Part shown: positions 19,190 to 27,813 of the stretch, one piece after another | Layout: each line of letters begins with the position of its first letter | Position numbering within the stretch: the stretch's first letter is position 1 | NCBI GenBank assembly: GCA_016839785.1 | Contig: JAEOTQ010000162.1 | Coordinates: 1-39,650 of the forward strand | Length of the DNA stretch: 39,650 nucleotides | Direction: 5' to 3' | Origin: Candidatus Hodarchaeota archaeon | Lineage (GTDB): Archaea; Asgardarchaeota; Heimdallarchaeia; Hodarchaeales; Hodarchaeaceae | Translations under genes and position numbers: made by a program | The notes under the pieces: model-generated | Database searches by the model: none | What the model saw: the letters and a program-made list of their open reading frames with translations, nothing else | Told to the model about the DNA's origin: nothing

Positions 19190-21700
19190 TCATCTGAGAT
19201 AAGAAAAATCTGTTTTGGCTTTATCAATACGGGCTTGAACAATTCGTTGTAATGCTTTATGCATTATTTCCAAATCATTGTCCGCAAATGAATAGATCTG
19301 CTTAAGAAAAAGGTCTAAAATTCGCTTAGAGGTCGGATGTCCAGTTTTGATAAAAGAAGAAGGTTTAGATTTCATCACTTTCTCGAAGAGTGCTGAGTAT
19401 TCCTGTCTGTTCTCACTAAAATTGAAGGATGGTATCTTGATTTCTTGATACTCATAAACTTTGACATCCAATCCTCCTTCTCCGAGATTTCTACGTCCTA
19501 ATAATTCAATTTGTATGGAGACAAAAATTGTGTTTAAATATAAAAGCAGAAACTCGGTTAGATCTTGTTTGCCAATTAGTACCCCAGTCCGTGGAGTTAT
19601 CCCATATAACCGGGCATCAAAATAATAATTATGGGGATTATAGAAGAACGGATAACGATCATTTATTGTCATAATGCAGAGAATTGGACAAGAACGATAA
19701 TACTCTACAGGTAGTGAGTACCAATATTTACGATTTGAGCAAGTTGTTCTTAAAGCATAAGAGTTTCCTTTTATAGGTCTCCATGTTTCTCCCCATCTGA
19801 TATACTTTCTAATTCCAGGTTTTAGCTCAGAAGACTTTTTCTTGGGTACTATAAGGACTATATAGTTTAATAAATCATTAGTAACTTTGAATCCTTCAAG
19901 TTCTTTTGGTGATTTGATCAAGTAGTTTGGAACCCATACCTCATTCCGGGAAGTTATATGTGAAATTGGTTCATTCGGTTCTGCATCTTCATTCAGGATC
20001 TGATGCATCCAGTACTCCCGTTCTATTACAAATGTTTCTTCTTTTAATAGAAAACCTTGTTCATTTAAAACTGACTGTAACTCTTTATTTTTTGGCTTCA
20101 AAACTAAACTCGCATCTTTTGGATCTACCCTGGAAACGAAAAATTTATTCATTTTTCCAGGTTTACCAAGGTAAAAAAAGTCATTTGCCCCAGTTGTAAA
20201 GCCTCTACGAACAGATGTATAATCTTTCAGATATTTCATATCACCGTCTGCTTTTTCCAGAAATTCAAGGTAGGCACTTGGAGCTTTTGCAAATACTCCC
20301 CACTTTGGTTCTAATAAGAGTTTACCCTCCTTAATGGGTACAAATGCAGCACCCTCACTCATAGAAATTGCTTTTTGAATCCCGAAGGAAGTAATTTGCT
20401 TGAGGTTGTCTTTAGAATTAATCCAAATGAACTTAACCTGATGAGAGGATGACCTTAGTTCAAGACGTTGCCTCTCACTCTTAAAGTGGAGAGTCATTAT
20501 TGCTGTATTTACATCAACTGAAGGAATTAATTTCTCTAACCGAGAGGACACAATTAAATCTATATAAAAATGCTCTAGAAGGAAAAGTTGAAGCAATGAA
20601 CCATACTTGACGCCCATCCATGAATTCGGAATAATTAATCCCATACGATCATTGGGTTTTAGAAATTCTGAAATAAATAGCAAGAAGTAGATATATAAAC
20701 TAGATTGTCCAGAAATTCGAAAAGAGGTATTTCTTTTTCTAAAGTTTGTAATAATATCAGTAGAAGAGACACAATTTCTGATAAACCGTTTCTCAGTGGC
20801 TGGAATTAGCTCTTGACGAGTGTAAGGTGGATTCATCAGAATTGTAACCGCTCCATTTTTTTCATGATGGAGTTCTTTCAGAATTGAACTAGTCGTGAAT
20901 AAGTCTTGATTATAAACTTGACATTTCGTTGTTTGGAAGCGAAATTTACAGAATACTATGATTGCACTTTCGCAGATGAGAGATAGTAGGGGATCCTTCT
21001 CAATAGCAATAACTTTTCTTACTTGATATTTAAGATCGAATGAATTTTTTAATGCACGGAGTAAGAAAACACCTGTACCAGCCGCAGGATCAATAATAAT
21101 CTCTGTTTCAGAACTAATAACTTGATTAGAAATGAAGTCTACTATAGAAATTGGAGTAAAAACTTGACCTAACATCTGTTTTTTCTGTTGTCCAATACTC
21201 CTGTCAAAATAATAAGGCAATTTCATTTGAGAATAATTCATTAATTTATACGTATCTTGGTGAAAATATTTCACACATGTATCGAATATTTTAGAATTAG
21301 AGACAAATAACTCAATAATGGCTTGCAGAGGGAATATTGATGAATGAAACAAGGGGATATCTAAGTTACTCTTAGCAATTCTCTTACTTATCTTTGAAAT
21401 TCCTATTCTTAGTAAATTTTGACCCAAACTTTCATCTGTATATTCGAGTGTCTTTAAACCAATATTTAGAATGTCATAAATCAGAACAGCTACAACTTTT
21501 GCGATGGAATCAAGTTTACGATCAGTCTCGATCCTCATTTCTGGAAAAAATAATCTCAGGAATTTGGTTTCCGATTCTGATGCCGAACTTGAGGATGCTA
21601 CCAACTCATGAATCATTTGACGAATATGGGGTGTTATTTGCTGGATAAATTCAGAAAAAAAATCTTCATCAAACTGTGATACCAAATCGTCACCATTCAT
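19190..21700 (-). CDS. Second gamma-class amino DNA methyltransferase with C-terminal target-recognition region
   Basis: LGQVFTP, IIDPAAGTGVFL, AIEKD, MNPPYTRQE, MGLIIPNSW, RRGFTTGANDFF, GRRNLGEGGL. Confidence 0.9.
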   Translation of the reverse strand: MNGDDLVSQFDEDFFSEFIQQITPHIRQMIHELVASSSSASESETKFLRLFFPEMRIETDRKLDSIAKVVAVLIYDILNIGLKTLEYTDESLGQNLLRIGISKISKRIAKSNLDIPLFHSSIFPLQAIIELFVSNSKIFDTCVKYFHQDTYKLMNYSQMKLPYYFDRSIGQQKKQMLGQVFTPISIVDFISNQVISSETEIIIDPAAGTGVFLLRALKNSFDLKYQVRKVIAIEKDPLLSLICESAIIVFCKFRFQTTKCQVYNQDLFTTSSILKELHHEKNGAVTILMNPPYTRQELIPATEKRFIRNCVSSTDIITNFRKRNTSFRISGQSSLYIYFLLFISEFLKPNDRMGLIIPNSWMGVKYGSLLQLFLLEHFYIDLIVSSRLEKLIPSVDVNTAIMTLHFKSERQRLELRSSSHQVKFIWINSKDNLKQITSFGIQKAISMSEGAAFVPIKEGKLLLEPKWGVFAKAPSAYLEFLEKADGDMKYLKDYTSVRRGFTTGANDFFYLGKPGKMNKFFVSRVDPKDASLVLKPKNKELQSVLNEQGFLLKEETFVIEREYWMHQILNEDAEPNEPISHITSRNEVWVPNYLIKSPKELEGFKVTNDLLNYIVLIVPKKKSSELKPGIRKYIRWGETWRPIKGNSYALRTTCSNRKYWYSLPVEYYRSCPILCIMTINDRYPFFYNPHNYYFDARLYGITPRTGVLIGKQDLTEFLLLYLNTIFVSIQIELLGRRNLGEGGLDVKVYEYQEIKIPSFNFSENRQEYSALFEKVMKSKPSSFIKTGHPTSKRILDLFLKQIYSFADNDLEIMHKALQRIVQARIDKAKTDFSYLR

Positions 21701-21707
21701 CGTTCAT

Positions 21708-22415
21708 TTAATCAAAAAAAGAATCCAAAGGAGTGATTTTAGGAACTATTTGCTCATAGTAAGTACAGAGAATGTTCATTGGACATATATAACACCTAGG
21801 CTTTACTGATACACAAAGAGTAGCTCCCAAATCCATGATTGCTTGATTTTTTTTCCAAACATCTCCACCCATGATGAATTCTTCTGCAAAAATCCACATT
21901 TTTTTGTCAAATTTAGAATTTCTCTCATCTCTCCAAAATCCGAATACCCGGCTAATCACTCTCTCGACATTTACATCAACGATAGCTGCACTTTTGTCAT
22001 TTATTTCAAATGCAAAACTAAGAATCGCTCCTGCGGTATACCGACCAATACCTTTTAAGTCTAATAACTCATCAAGGGAAGAAGGAAATTGTCCGTTTCT
22101 ATTTTTTGATATTTCCTTTGCAATCTCGAGAAGGAATTTCCCTCTTCGAGTATATCCAATTTTATCAGTAATTCTCCTTACTTGGTGTAGGGAAGCTCGT
22201 GCTAAATCATCTATTCCAGGAAATTGTTTAAGAAATTCCCCATAAATTGGAATTACAATCTCCACATTGGTTTGTTGTAGCATAATTTCACTTACAAGAA
22301 TATGATAAGGGTCCCTTGTTTTTCTCCATGGTAAATCACGTCCGTTCTTTTCAAACCATTCAATTAAAAGGTTGGTAAAACTATGTAATGCTTTAAGCTG
22401 CGATTCGTTAATCAA
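21708..22415 (-). CDS. mutY: MutY-like HhH-GPD adenine DNA glycosylase (short form, 4Fe-4S)
   Basis: RDLPWR, PYHILVSEIMLQQT, HhH LKGIGRYTAGA, VDVNVERV, Fe-S motif C-x6-C-x2-C-x5-C; no C-terminal Nudix-like domain. Confidence 0.88.
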   Translation of the reverse strand: MINESQLKALHSFTNLLIEWFEKNGRDLPWRKTRDPYHILVSEIMLQQTNVEIVIPIYGEFLKQFPGIDDLARASLHQVRRITDKIGYTRRGKFLLEIAKEISKNRNGQFPSSLDELLDLKGIGRYTAGAILSFAFEINDKSAAIVDVNVERVISRVFGFWRDERNSKFDKKMWIFAEEFIMGGDVWKKNQAIMDLGATLCVSVKPRCYICPMNILCTYYEQIVPKITPLDSFFD

Positions 22416-22551
22416 GTAATTACACTCTAATCAATCACTTAATCTCTAAGAGTGAGATTCTTATGTGTTTCACAGTAATAAACACTTTATATTATTTTTC
22501 TATAGAACTATGTCGAAAATAGGAAACACCTCTCTGAAATAGTCTACCTTT

Positions 22552-22568
22552 AGAAGAACGCTTAAAAA
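22552..22568 (+). promoter_or_regulatory. Candidate archaeal BRE/TATA promoter
   Basis: AGAAGAACGCTTAAAAA about 50 bp before ATG 22615; same ACGCTTAA core as at 30330. Confidence 0.4.
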
Positions 22569-22614
22569 ACAAAGTGTCTGTTCGGTGACTTACCAAAAGG
22601 GATGCTTGATAAAA

Positions 22615-23421
22615 ATGAGTGAGAAAGATGAATCCACAACTAAGAAGCTGGGGCGATTTTTTGGGAAGAAAGCGGTAGAGGCAGGTAATGTAATTAATCG
22701 TGAGATGAAACGTGCAGGAAAAATCGCGAGAGACGAATTATCTGATATTGATTTTGGAAATGTAGTAGTTAAACCTTCTCAAAAACCCAAGAATGAGTCT
22801 TACGTTCGATTCACACGAAGAGAACGTCCCACAAAAACATATACTCAAGCCCATAGAACGGTTCAATTCTTCTCTCGACATCCTGAAAAGAAGGAAATGA
22901 ATCCTGGAATTGACGGACTTGTAAGTTTCTCAATATTAATGACCCCATTTGCGCTTTTGACAGGAATTTTGATATTATTTACTAATTTAAATGAGTTTGT
23001 AGCCATATTTTTCCTCTTTCTCTATACTCTATTTATTGCAATACCTGGGGCATATTTAGGTTTGGATTCTATATTAGCTGGAGCTCGATCTGTCATATTA
23101 GGTGGAGCTTCGGTATTTCGTGGGTTTTTGGAGTTTATCAAACTAATAATTCAAGGAATTATTGAATTAGGCATCTTACTTTTGAATAGCATGTTTGGAT
23201 TTCTTAAAGGAGCCTTCGATACTGTAGCAGACTATGTTGTATTTATAATTGTCTACGCCATTTTTGCTGGTGGAATTTGGGCAATTCTTTTAACCTTACA
23301 ATTAGAATTGGAAACATTAGTTGTCCTAGGTCTTATGGTATTAATTCCGGCCTTATTACCAGCAAGCATTGCCCATCGTTATTGGTTAATTTGGCGCTTA
23401 GGAAGAGAATCCAAATCTTAA
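22615..23421 (+). CDS. Uncharacterised membrane protein
   Basis: Basic hydrophilic N-terminal ~100 aa, then 4-5 hydrophobic/amphipathic helices; ATG 22615 preferred over GTG 22585. Confidence 0.7.
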   Translation: MSEKDESTTKKLGRFFGKKAVEAGNVINREMKRAGKIARDELSDIDFGNVVVKPSQKPKNESYVRFTRRERPTKTYTQAHRTVQFFSRHPEKKEMNPGIDGLVSFSILMTPFALLTGILILFTNLNEFVAIFFLFLYTLFIAIPGAYLGLDSILAGARSVILGGASVFRGFLEFIKLIIQGIIELGILLLNSMFGFLKGAFDTVADYVVFIIVYAIFAGGIWAILLTLQLELETLVVLGLMVLIPALLPASIAHRYWLIWRLGRESKS

Positions 23422-23461
23422 ACGAGGATAACGTTGAAAACTACCTCATGATCCTGGGGAA

Positions 23462-23929
23462 ATGTCAATGGATAAATCATTAGACGAAACTGATCATACA
23501 ATATTGAGAGCTCTTTGTAAAGATGGAAGAACTGTATATCGAGATATCGCTAAAAAATTGGAAATATCACCACAGACAATTTCTGACAGGTTAAAGAAGT
23601 TAGAGAAAAACGAGGTGATTCGTAAATTTACAATTGATATTGATCCAGAAAAGATTGGATATGATATTGAATTCATTTGCGAACTGGATATAGATGCGAG
23701 TCGTATGGATCATATTCTCACGATACTTGATAAAATCTCGGAAATCAATGTAATAAAGATCACAACAGGAATCCATGATATTTTATGCATTGGAAATGCT
23801 GCTTCGATAGGAAATTTGCACAAAATTGTAGAAAAACAGATATCTCTGATTGAGGGAGTAAATAAAACCTATACGTCGATTACCTTGAGAAAATTCAAAC
23901 AAAACCAGATTCTTAACTATGACGTCTAG
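23462..23929 (+). CDS. Lrp/AsnC family transcriptional regulator
   Basis: LDETDHTILRAL..DGR, HTH IAKKLEIS..TI..RLKKLE, C-terminal RAM domain TTGIHD..IEGVNKTYTSI. Confidence 0.93.
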   Translation: MSMDKSLDETDHTILRALCKDGRTVYRDIAKKLEISPQTISDRLKKLEKNEVIRKFTIDIDPEKIGYDIEFICELDIDASRMDHILTILDKISEINVIKITTGIHDILCIGNAASIGNLHKIVEKQISLIEGVNKTYTSITLRKFKQNQILNYDV

Positions 23930-24002
23930 TGGATGAAACCCGCTAGAAACATCTAGTAAATGGACAAACCAATAATCCAGTATTGAATTAATAGTGCTGT
24001 GT

Positions 24003-24018
24003 CCGAAAGTTTTTTAAT
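24003..24018 (+). promoter_or_regulatory. Candidate BRE/TATA promoter of rocD
   Basis: CCGAAAG immediately followed by TTTTTTTAA, about 90 bp upstream of the CDS. Confidence 0.5.
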
Positions 24019-24104
24019 GAAGTAAGCTTTTGTCCGTTTCAGAGATGATATCTCAATATCCTTCATATTTGAGGGAACATTTTATTTGAGTTGATGTGAT
24101 TAAT

Positions 24105-25304
24105 ATGACCAGTTCTAAAAGATATATTGAGTTAGATTCGGAATATGGTGCCCATAACTATCATCCAATTCCTGTTGTGATAACTAAAGCCAAAGGTGTG
24201 TGGGTTCATGATCCTGAAGGAAAAAAATATTTAGATTGTCTTTCGGCATATTCTGCTGTGAATCAAGGCCATCTACATCCGAAAATTGTCGAAGCACTTG
24301 AAAATCAATTGAAACGTGTTGCTTTAACATCAAGAGCTTTCCATAATGACAGAATGGGACTTTTCCTAAAACATTTGCTTGAAATTTGTGGAGAGGGGTT
24401 CGACATGGCTTTACCCATGAATACAGGCGCAGAAGCAGTTGAAACTGCACTTAAAATGGTACGAAAATGGGGTTATGAAGAAAAAGGAGTGAAAAAAGAT
24501 AAAGCTGAAATTATTGTTTGCGAAAATAATTTTCACGGTCGTACCACGACAATAGTTGGTTTTTCTACAGATCCAGATGCATATACTGGATTTGGGCCTT
24601 ATACGCCAGGTTTTAAAGTAATACCTTATGATAATATTGAAGCTCTTGAGGAAGCTATTACTCCAAACACTGTAGCGTTTATGGTTGAACCTATCCAGGG
24701 TGAAGCGGGGGTAATAGTTCCAGCAGAAGGCTATTTGAAGAAAGTACGCGAGATTTGTTCTAAAAATAATGTATTGATGATTTTAGACGAAATACAAACA
24801 GGTTTTTGTAGAACTGGCAAGATGTTCTGTCATCAGCATGAAGGAATTGTTCCTGACGTAATGACACTGGGAAAAGCGTTAGGAGGAGGTCTATTGCCAG
24901 TCTCAGCCGTCGTTAGTCGCAAAGAAATTATGAAAGTCTTCACCCCTGGTGTACACGGGTCAACCTTTGGTGGTTTTCCATTAGCTTGTGCGGTGGGAGA
25001 TGCAGCATTGGATGTTCTTGTCAATGAAAACCTTGATGAAAGAGCTACAACTCTAGGTAACTTATTTCTTCAAAAATTAAAAGAAATAAAGCATTCTAGA
25101 ATAAAGGAAGTGCGGGGAAAAGGCTTACTGACTGCAATCGAACTAAATGAAAAGGCACGACCTTTTACACAACAATTAATCAGCAAAGGGATACTGGCAA
25201 AAGAAACTCATGACTATGCTATCAGATTTGCACCACCCCTTGTCATTGAAAAAGAAGATATTTTGTGGGCTGCTAATATTATTAAAGAGATTCTTGAATC
25301 CTAA
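24105..25304 (+). CDS. rocD: Ornithine--oxo-acid aminotransferase (class III PLP enzyme)
   Basis: GAHNYHP, LSAYSAVNQGH, LTSRAF, PMNTGAEAVETA, VEPIQGEAG, DEIQTG, LGKALGGG, HGSTFGG; ATG 24105 (GTG 24096 possible). Confidence 0.95.
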   Translation: MTSSKRYIELDSEYGAHNYHPIPVVITKAKGVWVHDPEGKKYLDCLSAYSAVNQGHLHPKIVEALENQLKRVALTSRAFHNDRMGLFLKHLLEICGEGFDMALPMNTGAEAVETALKMVRKWGYEEKGVKKDKAEIIVCENNFHGRTTTIVGFSTDPDAYTGFGPYTPGFKVIPYDNIEALEEAITPNTVAFMVEPIQGEAGVIVPAEGYLKKVREICSKNNVLMILDEIQTGFCRTGKMFCHQHEGIVPDVMTLGKALGGGLLPVSAVVSRKEIMKVFTPGVHGSTFGGFPLACAVGDAALDVLVNENLDERATTLGNLFLQKLKEIKHSRIKEVRGKGLLTAIELNEKARPFTQQLISKGILAKETHDYAIRFAPPLVIEKEDILWAANIIKEILES

Positions 25305-25396
25305 AGAGTATAGAGGGAGTTATATGTTTTTTTTTACAAATAGTTTAATGCGTGTATGACTTTCAGCCTATGAAATTCGTTTGGAAATTGAATAAA

Positions 25397-25816
25397 ATGA
25401 AATTAAAAGTTAAAAAAATTTCTAAAAACGCTCAAATCCCAACTAAACATAAGAAAAACGATGCAGCATTTGATCTTTATGCAATTGATGATCTAAATCT
25501 TCATGTTGGTAGTACGGCCATTGTTCACACAGGTATATGCTTAGAGATTGAATCAGGATTCTTCGCAAAAATTGAAAGTAGAAGTTCTCTTGCTAGAAAA
25601 GGTATTTTTTGTACAGCGGGAGTCATAGATTCTGGGTATCGAGGGGAAGTCATGATTGTCATGAACAACAAAGGCTTAGAAGATTATCTAATTCATTCTG
25701 GTCATAGGGTGGCTCAATTAGTTATCCACAGAGTTGAAGAAGTGGAAATAAGTGAAATTGATTGGCTTGATGAGAAATTAGACAGAGGTGGAGGATTTGG
25801 GAGTAGTGGGGAATGA
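25397..25816 (+). CDS. dut: Trimeric dUTP diphosphatase
   Basis: Five motifs AAFDL, SRSSL, GVIDSGYRGE, RVAQL, RGGGFGSSG; likely start MKLKVKK. Confidence 0.95.
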   Translation: MKLKVKKISKNAQIPTKHKKNDAAFDLYAIDDLNLHVGSTAIVHTGICLEIESGFFAKIESRSSLARKGIFCTAGVIDSGYRGEVMIVMNNKGLEDYLIHSGHRVAQLVIHRVEEVEISEIDWLDEKLDRGGGFGSSGE

Positions 25817-25845
25817 ATATAATCTCGTAATTCAGATTTCTTCTG

Positions 25846-26136
25846 TTAAACCGAAACAATACGGAATTTCTGAGGATTGATTCTCTCAGAGTGGCATTCA
25901 GGACATTTATGAGGATCACTGATCCGTCCTCTACCTGAAAACACATAATTACAACCCACACACGAAGCTGGATTAACTTCAATTCGCTTATTATCATATT
26001 TAATTGTTTTTCGGACTGAGTCCAAATCTGCAGCAACAGTTTTTACTGAAGCTTTAGTAAAATCGGCTAATTCTTGAATAGTCATTTTTTCATTTTTTGA
26101 TAATAATTCTACTATTTGTTCTCGTCGTGTTTTCAT
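25846..26136 (-). CDS. HTH plus Zn-ribbon predicted transcriptional regulator (archaeal COG3357-like)
   Basis: TRREQIVELL HTH; PASCVGCNYVF and PHKCPECHSERI; likely start MKTRRE at 26136. Confidence 0.85.
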   Translation of the reverse strand: MKTRREQIVELLSKNEKMTIQELADFTKASVKTVAADLDSVRKTIKYDNKRIEVNPASCVGCNYVFSGRGRISDPHKCPECHSERINPQKFRIVSV

Positions 26137-26336
26137 TTTCAGCAACTTCACACATTTAAAGCAGGATCTAACAAAATGAGTAAACATCCTCCTTCAAAAT
26201 AATACATATTCCGCTAGAATAATATTAAATTAATAATATTGCATCATGGCACTTATTATTGACAAAGAAATTTTTGATTCTGTTCAGAAGTTCTTCAGAG
26301 ATATTTCAACTAAAATGATTTTTTGGAGATTAAAAT

Positions 26337-27749
26337 ATGCTAGAATCCGTATTCATTATAGGTATTGTTCTAATTATTGTTTATTTTGTGATTTATGCCT
26401 TATATTCTCAAAATATTAAAGATGAGAGTGATTTTGCCAAGGATGTTTTTTATTATCTTGTTCGTCGGTATCCCACTACGAAGATTTTAGATTATGGTGG
26501 ATTATCTTCTGATCCAATCATAGAATCTCACGATGCAGGCCCATTCAAGTCTCTTGAGATTAAAGTGATAACTAACAAACAAGAGGGGACAACAGATCGT
26601 GACTTAATTCTGCGAGGGGTCCTTGATAAGACAAAATTCCACCAATCAACTAATGAAAAATTGAATCTCTTAGTTTCTCCTCAAATCACTTGGAATGATC
26701 CTTCCACTATAGTTAATTTGGGAGTCCCCCCGTTCGATCAACGATTTAAAATCAGTGCTGATAATTCAATCTTTGTACGGCATTTATTTTATGAAACAGA
26801 ACTGGGAGAGATGTTAAAACGAAACTATGATCTTGAAGCCTATAGTCTCTATTGGTATCAAGATGGTACGACTGTCATCCAAATTCGAATGGAATCGATG
26901 ACGTCTAACAGCTTCCTTAACGCGTATAACATGGCACTAGCAACTGTAGGCCTTCTAAATCAAAGAGGATATCTAATTAAGGGATCTAAACCTCATGAAG
27001 AGGTAGAGGATTCTTTAATATCCTGGTCAGATATAAGTACGTCAATAAATAAAACGGATCAGCCAGAGGATAAATATGCAAAGATATACGCTTCAGACAC
27101 TTCCTATAAGCTCGACAAACTTCCTAAAATCAGACTTCATCCAGAAAGAGACTTGAAAAAATTGAATGATAAAGATATTCAACAAAACCGAACTATTAGC
27201 GTCCCCCCCACGAAAAAAGAAGTACTTTCAGATCATCTGACACCAGAAAAATCTCGAAAAATGACTAACGTTCAAAAATCGACTAAACCTAATCCTTTAA
27301 TCCCTTTATTCACTTCTATTCGGTATCAAGCGAAAAACATCAATTATCAGGATGATACAGTTGAAATTGAAACTTTTTCATCACAACTACCAACTATTCT
27401 GGTTTCATTTCCTTCCACTAAACAGGCCCTCCTTTTAGGAAACTCAATTCAAATACCAAAAGAACATTTTTCTCTCCATATAAAGAATTCTCATGATCCA
27501 AGCTCTCCATCTTGGGATAACCCATGGAAAAATATTGAAATAACTGGAAGAGATCAATTTCAAAACCAAATCAAGCAACGAACGGCAATAGCAAATCGAA
27601 TTAAAGAACTTGGCAATATAAAAATTGATATAAAAGGATCTGAGAAAGGGATTGAGTATTCAATACTCGTATCGAGATCAAAAGATGGGATTACTACTGG
27701 ATATTCCCTATTACTCGATCTGGTGTGGTTTTTTGAGATGATTGTGTAG
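26337..27749 (+). CDS. Membrane-anchored uncharacterised protein with an apparently duplicated alpha/beta domain
   Basis: Single N-terminal TM; two globular regions sharing W(N/D)(D/N)P, separated by a low-complexity linker. Confidence 0.65.
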   Translation: MLESVFIIGIVLIIVYFVIYALYSQNIKDESDFAKDVFYYLVRRYPTTKILDYGGLSSDPIIESHDAGPFKSLEIKVITNKQEGTTDRDLILRGVLDKTKFHQSTNEKLNLLVSPQITWNDPSTIVNLGVPPFDQRFKISADNSIFVRHLFYETELGEMLKRNYDLEAYSLYWYQDGTTVIQIRMESMTSNSFLNAYNMALATVGLLNQRGYLIKGSKPHEEVEDSLISWSDISTSINKTDQPEDKYAKIYASDTSYKLDKLPKIRLHPERDLKKLNDKDIQQNRTISVPPTKKEVLSDHLTPEKSRKMTNVQKSTKPNPLIPLFTSIRYQAKNINYQDDTVEIETFSSQLPTILVSFPSTKQALLLGNSIQIPKEHFSLHIKNSHDPSSPSWDNPWKNIEITGRDQFQNQIKQRTAIANRIKELGNIKIDIKGSEKGIEYSILVSRSKDGITTGYSLLLDLVWFFEMIV

Positions 27750-27813
27750 AAGAAAGGACTTAGTATTCTTTACATAATATTTTTCAGTCACTTATCAAAA
27801 CTTATGGTTTACT

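Noticed and set aside
16585-21700. BREX, DISARM or complete type IIG restriction system
   Set aside because: No pglZ, brxC, helicase or recognisable nuclease domain in the window
21708-22415. MIG (T:G mismatch glycosylase) or endonuclease III identity
   Set aside because: EIMLQQT and GRYTA are MutY-type; it lacks the Arg-containing MIG motif and the Nth lyase Lys
22423-22458. Short inverted repeats (CACTCT...AGAGTG; AATCTC...GAGATT)
   Set aside because: 6-bp arms in AT-rich DNA are expected by chance
9582-25816. Provirus or giant-virus fragment (PolB with intein, MTases, dUTPase)
   Set aside because: No capsid, terminase, integrase or att repeats; genes are interspersed with ordinary archaeal metabolic and regulatory genes
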